Source: Candidatus Saccharimonadota bacterium (GTDB lineage: Bacteria; Patescibacteriota; Patescibacteriia; 2-12-FULL-60-25). Taken from it: a DNA stretch of 32,000 nt. Shown here in pieces: positions 21,712 to 28,535 of the stretch. Each line of letters begins with the position of its first letter. Within the stretch, counting starts at the first letter, position 1. Below the pieces are notes generated by a model, which did no database searches, was not told the DNA's origin, and was given only the letters and a program-made list of their open reading frames with translations. The stretch covers positions 240,001 through 272,000 of the forward strand of contig OY970357.1 of NCBI GenBank assembly GCA_963718585.1, in the 5' to 3' direction. A program made the translations under genes and the position numbers.

Positions 21712-23064
21712 ATGAAGAAGCTCATCCTGATCGCGGCTCTCTTCGTCGCGATGATGCCGAGCGCTGCGTTCGCGCAGCAGCGAGACAACGTCAACCCCGA
21801 CGAGCAGACCGCAGGACCGAACGATGCGATGACCCTTGCGGAATGCAAGACCGAGCTGACCACGTCGCAAGGCAACGCCAAGAAGTTCCTCGAGAAGTTC
21901 AAGGGCTGCCAGGACGCGTACTGCACGCCCGAGCGGATCGCCGCACATGACCCGGTCTGCGAAGGGATGGGGGCGCCTTCGGCGCCGTCATCCGGGTCCA
22001 AGCCCGCGGTCCATCACGTCGTGCATCACTCGTCGTATCGTGCGGCGATCCGGTGCGAAGGCGTACCGGTGTCGGAGCCGCAACACGTCGGCAACGACTG
22101 TGCGTGCGGCAACCCGGGCTACGTGGCCGTGGTGCGTTCGACCTTCCACGCGAAGGTCTGCGTTCCGCGTCGCGAAGCCGAGACCGTCGATCTTACCGCT
22201 CTCCAGCGGCAGGTCGACGCCTTGAACGGAAAGTACGCGGATCTGCAGACGCAACTCGACGAGTTGCGGAAGCTCCACGGCGACCAGTTCCAGAAGCTCT
22301 ACAACGAGCTCGAGGGGCTGATCCCGCAGGTCGCTGATCACGAGCGTCGCATCGAGGCGCTCGAGAATGCGATCCAGCAGGCGCTCCACGACGCGGCCGA
22401 GGCGAAACACATCGCCCTCGACGCAAAGCACGAGGCGGACGAAGTGCAGAAGATGATCCCGCGGACGTCCCTTCACTTGGGGATCTGCGGGCTCCTCGGC
22501 GCTTCGAGCGGGACCGGCCTCTACGGCGGTCCGGGCATCTGTGGCGAACTCGAGCACTTCTGGGACAACAAGTCCACGGTGTCCGGGTTCATGGGTATGG
22601 GTGGAGGCTTGTCCTTCAACCGTGCGCAGGCCACGACCGCGTTCGGGATGTTCAACGGCGGCGTCCGCTTCTACACCGACGAAGAGCGCAAGCTCGGGAT
22701 CGGCGTGGGCGGACTCTTCACCGGGCATGTGTCCACGGTCCAGTCGGCCGGGGACATGGGCATTCCGTCCACGGGGCGGCGTTGGCACGCAGGTCCCATG
22801 CTGGATCTGCAGTACAACTTCTCCCCGCATGCACGCTTCGGCGTGGCGCTCTCGCCCGGGTACGGCAAGTGGAACTACTTCGAGGGCAACGCTTTCCGCG
22901 AGGACAGCGGGTTCTCGTTCGTCGGTCTCGCCAACCTCTCGCTCAGCTTCGGCTTGGGCGCGGAGGATACGGCGAAGAAGTCGTCGGATCACACCGCCGC
23001 TCCGGTGCAGGTCCAGCGCTCGTATTCGTACGAGTCCACCTACCAGGGTCCGCCAGGCCAGTGA
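21712..23064 (+). CDS. Secreted protein: signal peptide + Cys-rich domain + coiled coil + Gly/aromatic beta-rich C-terminal domain (beta-barrel-like)
   Basis: ATG 21712 is preceded by AAAGGACAGGAAGG. The signal peptide is MKKLILIAALFVAMMPSAAFA-QQ. An N-domain with 8 Cys is followed by about 90 aa of heptad-like sequence (LQRQVDALNGKYADLQTQLDELRKL...). The last part has about 8 alternating amphipathic segments ending GFSFVGLANLSLSFGLG. Confidence 0.8.
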   Translation: MKKLILIAALFVAMMPSAAFAQQRDNVNPDEQTAGPNDAMTLAECKTELTTSQGNAKKFLEKFKGCQDAYCTPERIAAHDPVCEGMGAPSAPSSGSKPAVHHVVHHSSYRAAIRCEGVPVSEPQHVGNDCACGNPGYVAVVRSTFHAKVCVPRREAETVDLTALQRQVDALNGKYADLQTQLDELRKLHGDQFQKLYNELEGLIPQVADHERRIEALENAIQQALHDAAEAKHIALDAKHEADEVQKMIPRTSLHLGICGLLGASSGTGLYGGPGICGELEHFWDNKSTVSGFMGMGGGLSFNRAQATTAFGMFNGGVRFYTDEERKLGIGVGGLFTGHVSTVQSAGDMGIPSTGRRWHAGPMLDLQYNFSPHARFGVALSPGYGKWNYFEGNAFREDSGFSFVGLANLSLSFGLGAEDTAKKSSDHTAAPVQVQRSYSYESTYQGPPGQ

Positions 23065-23071
23065 ACGTCTT

Positions 23072-23116
23072 GGGTCCCCGCATCGTCTGATCTCCGGATC
23101 GGGCGGTGCGGGACCC
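23072..23116 (+). other. Long GC-rich hairpin immediately after the 21712..23064 stop (no U-tract)
   Basis: GGGTCCCCGCA...TGCGGGACCC are the outer arms (one bulged C). The inner arms CGTCTGATC/GATCGGGCG pair fully if two G-U pairs are allowed on the + strand RNA. Confidence 0.5.
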
Positions 23117-23131
23117 ATCGCGCACATTCTT

Positions 23132-23154
23132 ACCCGATCGCATCGCGATCGGGT
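23132..23154 (+). other. Perfect 10-bp hairpin ACCCGATCGC-atc-GCGATCGGGT
   Basis: A perfect inverted repeat seen directly, followed by tt only. Its function is unknown. Confidence 0.5.
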
Positions 23155-23192
23155 TTCACACGAGTCGGTTTCTCCGAAGCCGCCTCATGTGA

Positions 23193-23218
23193 CCGCCCGT
23201 CCCAACTGGGACGGGCGG
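23193..23218 (+). other. Perfect 11-bp GC hairpin CCGCCCGTCCC-aact-GGGACGGGCGG
   Basis: A perfect inverted repeat seen directly, with no U-tract. Its function is unknown. Confidence 0.5.
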
Positions 23219-23331
23219 GATCGCTCTTCCACATTCGAAGGCAGTCAACCCACAACCCACCAAGCCTTGGCGGGGGAACCCGCCATCGGCGGTCACCCCG
23301 GCCGCCGGGCAGGCGGTGAGAAGAGGAGAAA

Positions 23332-24231
23332 ATGAACAAGGTATGTGTTCTCATCATCGCCGCGCTCGGCATCGTCTTGAGCGGCGTCGGTTGTACCAAC
23401 AACGCCATCCCGGACGTCACGTCCAGTCGCAACGGCGGCGGACCTGGCGACACGCACGGCACGGACAACCAGTGTCGCTATCAGGGCGGCACGGCATGTG
23501 TCGGCGAGGGTGCCCAGTGCGGCGACCTCGTGTGCCATTGCGGCACGTGGATGGATCACACCAACCCGGCGTGCGGCCAGTCCTGCACGACTCCGCCTCC
23601 GGCGTGCCTCCTCGGCGCGGCGTGTAGCGGTGAAGGTCTCGCCTGCGGCGACGGCTCGGGGAACGTCTGCCATTGCGGCAGGTGGTTCCCGCACCAGCTC
23701 GCGGATCAGGCCTGTCCCGACACCGGCAACAACGGTGGTACGGGCGGGACCGGCGGCAGCGGTGGCTCCGGCAACACGGGCAACACGGGTGGCTCCGGCA
23801 ACACGGGCAACACGGGTGGCTCCGGCAACACGGGCAACACGGGTGGCGGCATGACGTCGCTCACCGTGACCGTGATGTCGCCGCAGTCCGAGCACGTTTG
23901 GTGCGAGGGCGCTGCGGTGAAGCTCTCCGACGTTCAGATGTCGGACACCCAGGCCAAGTGGACTCGCGGCTGGGCCAGCTACGGCTGCGACTCGTTCGAC
24001 GGGTACTACCAGTGCACGCTTCCGTATGATGCGTCGACGGAGCGGGTGCGCTTCCAGTGCTACCTCAAGGCCAACGGCGATCCCGCCGGATACGCACCGG
24101 ACCTCGTCCGGTACACCTGCGCGGATCCCTCGATGTTGCAGTCGGGGGAGTCGTTCACCACGAGTGACCCGGTCTTCCTGGTCACCAACCTGGATCCGTC
24201 CGGGAAGGGTGAAAACTGCCAGGCGGAGTAA
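23332..24231 (+). CDS. Cysteine-rich lipoprotein with Gly/Ser/Asn/Thr repeat linker
   Basis: GAGGAG lies 3 nt upstream of the ATG. The signal peptide plus lipobox-like motif is LIIAALGIVLSGVG-C. The module AC-x2-EG-x2-C...C-x-CG-x-W occurs twice. A (GGSGNTGNT)x3 linker follows. The C-terminal domain with YGCDSFDGYYQCT is related to that of the next protein. Confidence 0.8.
   Translation: MNKVCVLIIAALGIVLSGVGCTNNAIPDVTSSRNGGGPGDTHGTDNQCRYQGGTACVGEGAQCGDLVCHCGTWMDHTNPACGQSCTTPPPACLLGAACSGEGLACGDGSGNVCHCGRWFPHQLADQACPDTGNNGGTGGTGGSGGSGNTGNTGGSGNTGNTGGSGNTGNTGGGMTSLTVTVMSPQSEHVWCEGAAVKLSDVQMSDTQAKWTRGWASYGCDSFDGYYQCTLPYDASTERVRFQCYLKANGDPAGYAPDLVRYTCADPSMLQSGESFTTSDPVFLVTNLDPSGKGENCQAE
23761..23847 (+). 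repeat. Perfect 27-bp tandem repeat x3 (+6 bp) inside the coding sequence
   Basis: ggtggctccggcaacacgggcaacacg occurs at 23761-23787, 23788-23814 and 23815-23841 with no mismatch, followed by a partial ggtggc. Each unit contains a 9-bp sub-repeat ggcaacacg x2. Confidence 0.95.
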
Positions 24232-24254
24232 ATAACGCTCCGTCACTCAACTCA

Positions 24255-24288
24255 CAGCCCCCTCTGCACTTGCGGAAGGGGCTGTTTT
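24255..24288 (+). terminator. Intrinsic terminator after the 23332..24231 gene
   Basis: CAGCCCC (24255-24261) pairs with GGGGCTG (24278-24284) across a 16-nt loop, followed by TTTT. Confidence 0.65.
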
Positions 24289-24324
24289 CTATCTCGACAA
24301 GTTTGGCTTAACCAGGCGATTTCC

Positions 24325-24353
24325 TTGACACAATAGGCTGAAAATGATAAGAC
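24325..24353 (+). promoter_or_regulatory. Sigma70-like promoter (TTGACA - 17 nt - TAAGAC, TG at -14/-15)
   Basis: A consensus -35 lies at 24325-24330. The -10 is weak and preceded by aaaTGa. About 60 % of positions match the 21437 promoter region (shared TTGACA..AATA..GGCT...ATG.TA.G.CCT). Confidence 0.35.
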
Positions 24354-24402
24354 CTCGTATTCGTTCCTTCCCATTTTCACGAGGACAAAGGAGGAAAAAA
24401 CA

Positions 24403-25647
24403 ATGACTCATCTGCAGAAGGGGGCCGCGATCTTGTCGGCGCTCGGACTGGTGTCGATGTTCGCATGTACCAATGCGTCCATCGAAGACGTGACCAAGGG
24501 GTCACATGTCGGTGATGGCGGTTCCGCTGGGACATCCGACGGCGGCGTAGAAGCCTGCGTCCCGCAGGATGCATTCGTCGCGTGTACGAGTGAGGGTGAG
24601 GTCTGCGAAGGTATGACCTGCACCTGTGGCCTGTGGATCCCGACGGACGCCGTAAAGGCGTTCACCTGCGCCGGCCAGGACGGCGGCACCGGCGGGAGCG
24701 CTGGCGCATCCGGCACGCAGGTGCGGCAGGGCCGGCGGTTCGGGCGGTTCGTCTGGCTCGAGCGGAAGCTCGGGTTCCGGTGGGACTGCGGCACGAGCGG
24801 CACCGGCGGGAGCGCTGGCGCATCCGGCACCGCAGGTGCGGCAGGGTCCGGCGGTTCGGGCGGTTCTCCCGAGTGCCAATTCGGCACGATCGAGGACTGT
24901 ATGACGTCGTGCGGTTCGAGCGGAAAGCGCGGATGTCAGGTCGATCAGACTTGGGGGCCATGTATCGCTCCCACCGAGGTCTGCAACGGCAAGGACGACA
25001 ACTGCGACGGTCAGATCGACGAAGGCGTCTGCAGCGGCGTGTGTACTCCCGGTCAGACCGGGAAATGTGCTACGTCCTGTGGGTCCATCGGAACCGCGAC
25101 GTGCGGGTCGAACGGCCAGTGGGTCTCCTGCGAGCCGCCGGTCGAGACCTGCGGCAACGGCAAGGACGACGACTGCGACGGCATCGTGGACAACGGATGT
25201 ACTTCGCAACCGCCAGGCATGTCCACGGTCACATACAAGTACTGGCTTCCGAGCCAGGACGGTGCGGCCAACATGCTGACCATCTACGACGAGGCCGACG
25301 ACGCCAATGGCGATCCGTTGGATCGTCCGTCGCCCTTTGGGAAGACGCTCGAGGACACCTCGTACGCGTGGGGGACTGCGGTGGATGGTCCGAATTACGG
25401 ATGCTTCACCTCCCTCGCCGGATACGAAGAGTGCACGGTGCATCGGCCGAAGACCGCCACGGCGGTCCGGGCCAACGTGCACGTCATCCTGCCGAACGGC
25501 GTGGCCTTCTGGGCGTGCGCATCCACAAACGGCGTGATCCTCGGCAAGTTCGAGGTCTGGGTCGACGGGAAGCTCGCGCCCACCACCATCGAACCGTGGT
25601 GGTACACGGCGAACGTCTCGTTCTGCCGGGTGGTCTACCACCCGTAA
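24403..25647 (+). CDS. Cysteine-rich lipoprotein with two MopE-type CxGxDDxCDGxxD repeats
   Basis: A strong Shine-Dalgarno AAAGGAGG lies 8 nt upstream. The signal peptide ends ...LGLVSMFA-C. There is one AC-x2-EG-x2-C...C-x-CG-x-W module. Two tandem units of about 52 aa end EVCNGKDDNCDGQIDEG and ETCGNGKDDDCDGIVDNG. The C-terminal domain contains YGCFTSLAGYEECT. Confidence 0.85.
   Translation: MTHLQKGAAILSALGLVSMFACTNASIEDVTKGSHVGDGGSAGTSDGGVEACVPQDAFVACTSEGEVCEGMTCTCGLWIPTDAVKAFTCAGQDGGTGGSAGASGTQVRQGRRFGRFVWLERKLGFRWDCGTSGTGGSAGASGTAGAAGSGGSGGSPECQFGTIEDCMTSCGSSGKRGCQVDQTWGPCIAPTEVCNGKDDNCDGQIDEGVCSGVCTPGQTGKCATSCGSIGTATCGSNGQWVSCEPPVETCGNGKDDDCDGIVDNGCTSQPPGMSTVTYKYWLPSQDGAANMLTIYDEADDANGDPLDRPSPFGKTLEDTSYAWGTAVDGPNYGCFTSLAGYEECTVHRPKTATAVRANVHVILPNGVAFWACASTNGVILGKFEVWVDGKLAPTTIEPWWYTANVSFCRVVYHP
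24685..24866 (+). repeat. Direct repeat (66 and 68 nt copies, 48 nt apart) inside the coding sequence, differing by two 1-nt indels
   Basis: Copy 1 spans 24685-24750 and copy 2 spans 24799-24866. They are identical except that copy 1 lacks a c (ggcac-gcagg vs ggcaccgcagg) and a t (caggg-ccggc vs cagggtccggc). Confidence 0.9.
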
Positions 25648-25674
25648 TCTCATACTCCTTCTGTCCTCGTCTCG

Positions 25675-25718
25675 CCCCCACATCGCTTCGCAGATGCGAA
25701 CCGGTGTGGGGGTTTTTT
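25675..25718 (+). terminator. Rho-independent terminator after the 24403..25647 gene
   Basis: CCCCCACA (25675-25682) pairs with TGTGGGGG (25705-25712) around an inner TTCGC/GCGAA stem, followed by TTTTTT. Confidence 0.8.
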
Positions 25719-25731
25719 ATTGCCATTCGTG

Positions 25732-25737
25732 TATGCT
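25732..25737 (+). promoter_or_regulatory. -10-like TATGCT 6 nt upstream of ATG 25744; putative leaderless promoter of holB
   Basis: The sequence reads gtgTATGCT cttcgc ATG, with no Shine-Dalgarno. The terminator of the previous gene ends 14 nt upstream. Confidence 0.4.
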
Positions 25738-25743
25738 CTTCGC

Positions 25744-26688
25744 ATGCCTGAAAACATCTTTGAGGGGATCATCGGACACCGGGCGATCATCCGGATCCTA
25801 GAGGCAGCGATGCGAGACCCTGCTTCGTCCTATCTGCTGACAGGCCCCGCGCATTTGGGGAAGCGGACCTGTGCCGAGCGGCTGACCCGCGGACTTTTGG
25901 ATTTGGACCCGGATGATCCGTCCTGGCGGGCCCATCCGGACCTCTTGGTGATCGAGCCGCTTGAAGGGAAGACGCAGATCACGGTGGAGCAGATCCGGGA
26001 TGCGCGAGAGCGGCTATCATTGCGCCCCGCGCGAGCACCGCGCTCGGTCGCGTACATCCCTGCAGCAGATCGGATGAATGAGGCGGGGACGAATGCCCTT
26101 CTCAAGATCGTCGAAGAGCCTCCAGCTGGAGCGGTCTTCGTCTTCGTCGCTGAAGACGCGGGACGGATCCCGGGGACGCTCAAGAGCCGTTCGGTCGTCC
26201 TGCCATATGCGCCGGTCGCGGCTGCGGAGATCGAAGAAGGGCTCATTGCGTGCGGGATGACGAAGGAGGACGCGCTCGCGCGCGCGGCGGGCGCGCATGG
26301 CCGGCCCGGGCTCGCGATCGATCCGCCCGAAGGCCGTTCCGTTGGTGCGACATTTGTCCAGGCTTTCTTCCGCGCATCAACTCCAGGCGCACGGATCACG
26401 GCTGTCGATGCCCTTGCCGCGTCCTGCGATGGCGCAGAGGAGCCGGTCGCCGCGTGGCGCGACGCGTTGCAGGATGCGATGCGCAGGCTCTCTGCGCAGT
26501 ATCCGAAGGAACCGGCGCACGCCGTGATCGCGGGGATCGCATTGGCGACGGCGTTCCGTTCCATCGGCGGGGCCGTGTCTCCACGACTGGCTTTGGATGC
26601 CGTCGCCGTCCGTCTGGATGAGCCGGATCTGTCTCGATTCATGCCATGCCATGTTCCGCGCGCGTATTCTGCGATATACTCTCTTTGA
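25744..26688 (+). CDS. holB: DNA polymerase III delta' subunit
   Basis: LLTGPAHLGKRTCAERLTRGLL (P-loop-like), ...MNEAGTNALLKIVEEPPAGAVFVFV and GTLKSRS (SRC-type motif) follow the AAA+ clamp-loader delta' pattern. The start is taken at ATG 25744 rather than TTG 25720, which abuts the terminator. Confidence 0.85.
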   Translation: MPENIFEGIIGHRAIIRILEAAMRDPASSYLLTGPAHLGKRTCAERLTRGLLDLDPDDPSWRAHPDLLVIEPLEGKTQITVEQIRDARERLSLRPARAPRSVAYIPAADRMNEAGTNALLKIVEEPPAGAVFVFVAEDAGRIPGTLKSRSVVLPYAPVAAAEIEEGLIACGMTKEDALARAAGAHGRPGLAIDPPEGRSVGATFVQAFFRASTPGARITAVDALAASCDGAEEPVAAWRDALQDAMRRLSAQYPKEPAHAVIAGIALATAFRSIGGAVSPRLALDAVAVRLDEPDLSRFMPCHVPRAYSAIYSL

Positions 26689-26695
26689 ATCTCGT

Positions 26696-27778
26696 ATGAC
26701 CACTAAGCGGAACCTTGTACGCGTCGCTCTCCTCTTTGCGGCGGTAAGCCTGTTCGGCGCCGGATGTTTCGGTAGCAGCTCCACCGGACCCACCGGTCCA
26801 GACGGCGGCGTCTGGAAGTCTGCGGACGGGGGAGAGACGTGGGCGAATGAGCGTGCGTTCGTGAGCGGACCCAAAGTGACGGCTGACGCCGCGACCTTCC
26901 AGATCAACCAGATGGCATTCGATCCGCAGGATCATAAGACGATCTATCTTGCGACCGCGGCACATGGTCTTGAATACTCGTTGGATGGTGGATCATCCTG
27001 GCAGCAGGGGAACATCCCGAACGTGACGACCGTTGGATCCGTGGCCGTGGATCCAAAGAATAAGTGTACGGTCTACGCCACGGGGGCGAATCGGATCTAC
27101 AAGACGGAGAACTGCGGACGCGATTGGGAGCAGATCTTCTACGAGCCGCGTAGCTCGGTGTCATTCACGCAGATCATCGTGGATTGGTATGACCCGATCA
27201 ATCTGTATGCCGGTACTTCTGATGGGGATGTCTTCAAATCCACGGATGCGGGGAAATCCTGGCAACGCGTCGATCGGATCGACGGCGTCCGCGTCATGAG
27301 TCTGGCCATGGACCCGCATGATTCCCGGGTCGTCTATGCCGGGACCGAGACCGAGGGCATCCTCAAGACCGCCGATGGCGGACTCACATGGACGCAGATC
27401 AAAAAACAGTTCGGTCAGGATCTGATCGACGGACGTCGCGTCGTGCAAGTCGTGGTCGATCCGGCGGACCCATCGACGATCTACGACGTCTGTCGCTATG
27501 GGATCCTCAAATCCACGGATGGGGGAGATACCTGGACCGCACTGAATCTCACATCGCCACCGAATACAGTGAAGATCAAGGCGCTCGCGATCGATCCGAA
27601 GAACACGCAGCATCTTATCTATACGGGGGTCGCCACCTTGCAGTTCACGACGGATGGAGGCAAGACGTGGACACCAAAGCGTCTCCCGACCACTCAGTCC
27701 GGATCCGCGCTCCTGATCGACCCGATCGACAGTAACGTATTGTATCTCGGGACGACCGTTCCGCCGTCAAAGAATTGA
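26696..27778 (+). CDS. BNR/Asp-box repeat beta-propeller lipoprotein (Ycf48/sortilin-like fold)
   Basis: ATG 26696 starts MTTKRNLVRVALLFAAVSLFGAG-C (lipobox). There are seven SxDxGxTW-type Asp-boxes: SADGGETW, SLDGGSSW, TENCGRDW, STDAGKSW, TADGGLTW, STDGGDTW, TTDGGKTW. Confidence 0.85.
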   Translation: MTTKRNLVRVALLFAAVSLFGAGCFGSSSTGPTGPDGGVWKSADGGETWANERAFVSGPKVTADAATFQINQMAFDPQDHKTIYLATAAHGLEYSLDGGSSWQQGNIPNVTTVGSVAVDPKNKCTVYATGANRIYKTENCGRDWEQIFYEPRSSVSFTQIIVDWYDPINLYAGTSDGDVFKSTDAGKSWQRVDRIDGVRVMSLAMDPHDSRVVYAGTETEGILKTADGGLTWTQIKKQFGQDLIDGRRVVQVVVDPADPSTIYDVCRYGILKSTDGGDTWTALNLTSPPNTVKIKALAIDPKNTQHLIYTGVATLQFTTDGGKTWTPKRLPTTQSGSALLIDPIDSNVLYLGTTVPPSKN

Positions 27779-27813
27779 TCACTCCATCGAGAGATCAAAG
27801 GAAAAAACATCGT

Positions 27814-27831
27814 ACACCTTACGGTGTTTTT
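27814..27831 (+). terminator. Weak intrinsic terminator after the BNR lipoprotein gene
   Basis: ACACC-ttac-GGTGT (only 5 bp) followed by TTTTT and preceded by AAAAAA. Confidence 0.35.
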
Positions 27832-27939
27832 CGATCCGGTCACGGGTGGGGGTGTGCTACGACCCAAGCGGCGGAGGGTGGGATCGTTCGCGATTGACGA
27901 AAACCGAAAAAAATGGAAAACTACGCTCACATTCCACCT

Positions 27940-28494
27940 ATGGCGAACCCTATCGAATTGGCGAAACCCGACTTTCAGCGCGTGCTGGATCATTTGGACA
28001 AAGAACTCAAGAATATCCGCAGTGGACGGGCGAATGCGGCGATCGTCGAGGATATCAGGGTTGAGGCCTATGGGCAGACCATGGAGCTGAAAGGTGTTGC
28101 CGCGATCTCCGTACCGGACGCGAAGACCATTCAGATCGAACCGTGGGACAAGAACGTCATCAAAGATGTTGAAAAAGCCCTGATCGCCGCGAACCTCGGC
28201 ATGGCGCCGAACGTCGCCGGCACGGTGATCCGGCTCGTGATGCCTCCGATGACCGAAGAGTCACGCAAAGAGGCGGTGAAGATCATCGGCCAGAAGGGGG
28301 AGCAGGCGCGTGTAAGCATCCGGAGCATTCGTGAGGAGGTGCGCGAGCAGATCGCCAAGAGCGAAGAGAACAAGGAGATCTCGGAAGATGAGAAGTACCG
28401 ATTGCAGGAACAGCTCGACAAGATCATCAAAGAATATAACGAGAAGATCGAAGAGAAGGTGAAGGCGAAGGAAGAGGTGATCATGACCGTATGA
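27940..28494 (+). CDS. frr: Ribosome recycling factor
   Basis: ELKNIRSGRANAAIVEDIRVEAYG...IEPWDKN...NLGMAPNVAGTVIRLVMPPMTEESRKE is collinear with RRF. Starting at ATG 27940 gives 184 aa and aligns IRSGRA with E. coli IRTGRA to within one residue. ATG 27913 (193 aa) is the alternative. Confidence 0.93.
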   Translation: MANPIELAKPDFQRVLDHLDKELKNIRSGRANAAIVEDIRVEAYGQTMELKGVAAISVPDAKTIQIEPWDKNVIKDVEKALIAANLGMAPNVAGTVIRLVMPPMTEESRKEAVKIIGQKGEQARVSIRSIREEVREQIAKSEENKEISEDEKYRLQEQLDKIIKEYNEKIEEKVKAKEEVIMTV

Positions 28495-28535
28495 GGAAGG
28501 CCGTCTCATCGAAGAACTAACCTCACTATTCCCCC

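Noticed and set aside
23761-24866. Tandem and direct repeats considered as a possible CRISPR-like or minisatellite array.
   Set aside because: The repeats are in-frame coding repeats of Gly-rich linkers inside two ORFs. There are no unique spacers of regular length, no leader and no cas genes.
21413-25723. The 8-bp motif ttttattg is present at both edges of the Cys-rich block (21414-21421 and 25715-25722), a possible target-site duplication.
   Set aside because: Both copies are simply the U-tract ends of terminators. An 8-bp A/T-rich match is expected by chance, and no integrase, transposase or inverted terminal repeats accompany it.
27832-27912. A GC-rich stretch upstream of frr (ggtcacgggtgggggtgtgctacgacccaagcggcggagggtggg), examined for a tRNA or small RNA, and TTGACG (27893-27898) examined as a -35 box.
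   Set aside because: No cloverleaf, T-loop (GTTCGA-type) or acceptor pairing was found. The only hexamer at proper spacing from TTGACG is AAAACT, too weak to call.
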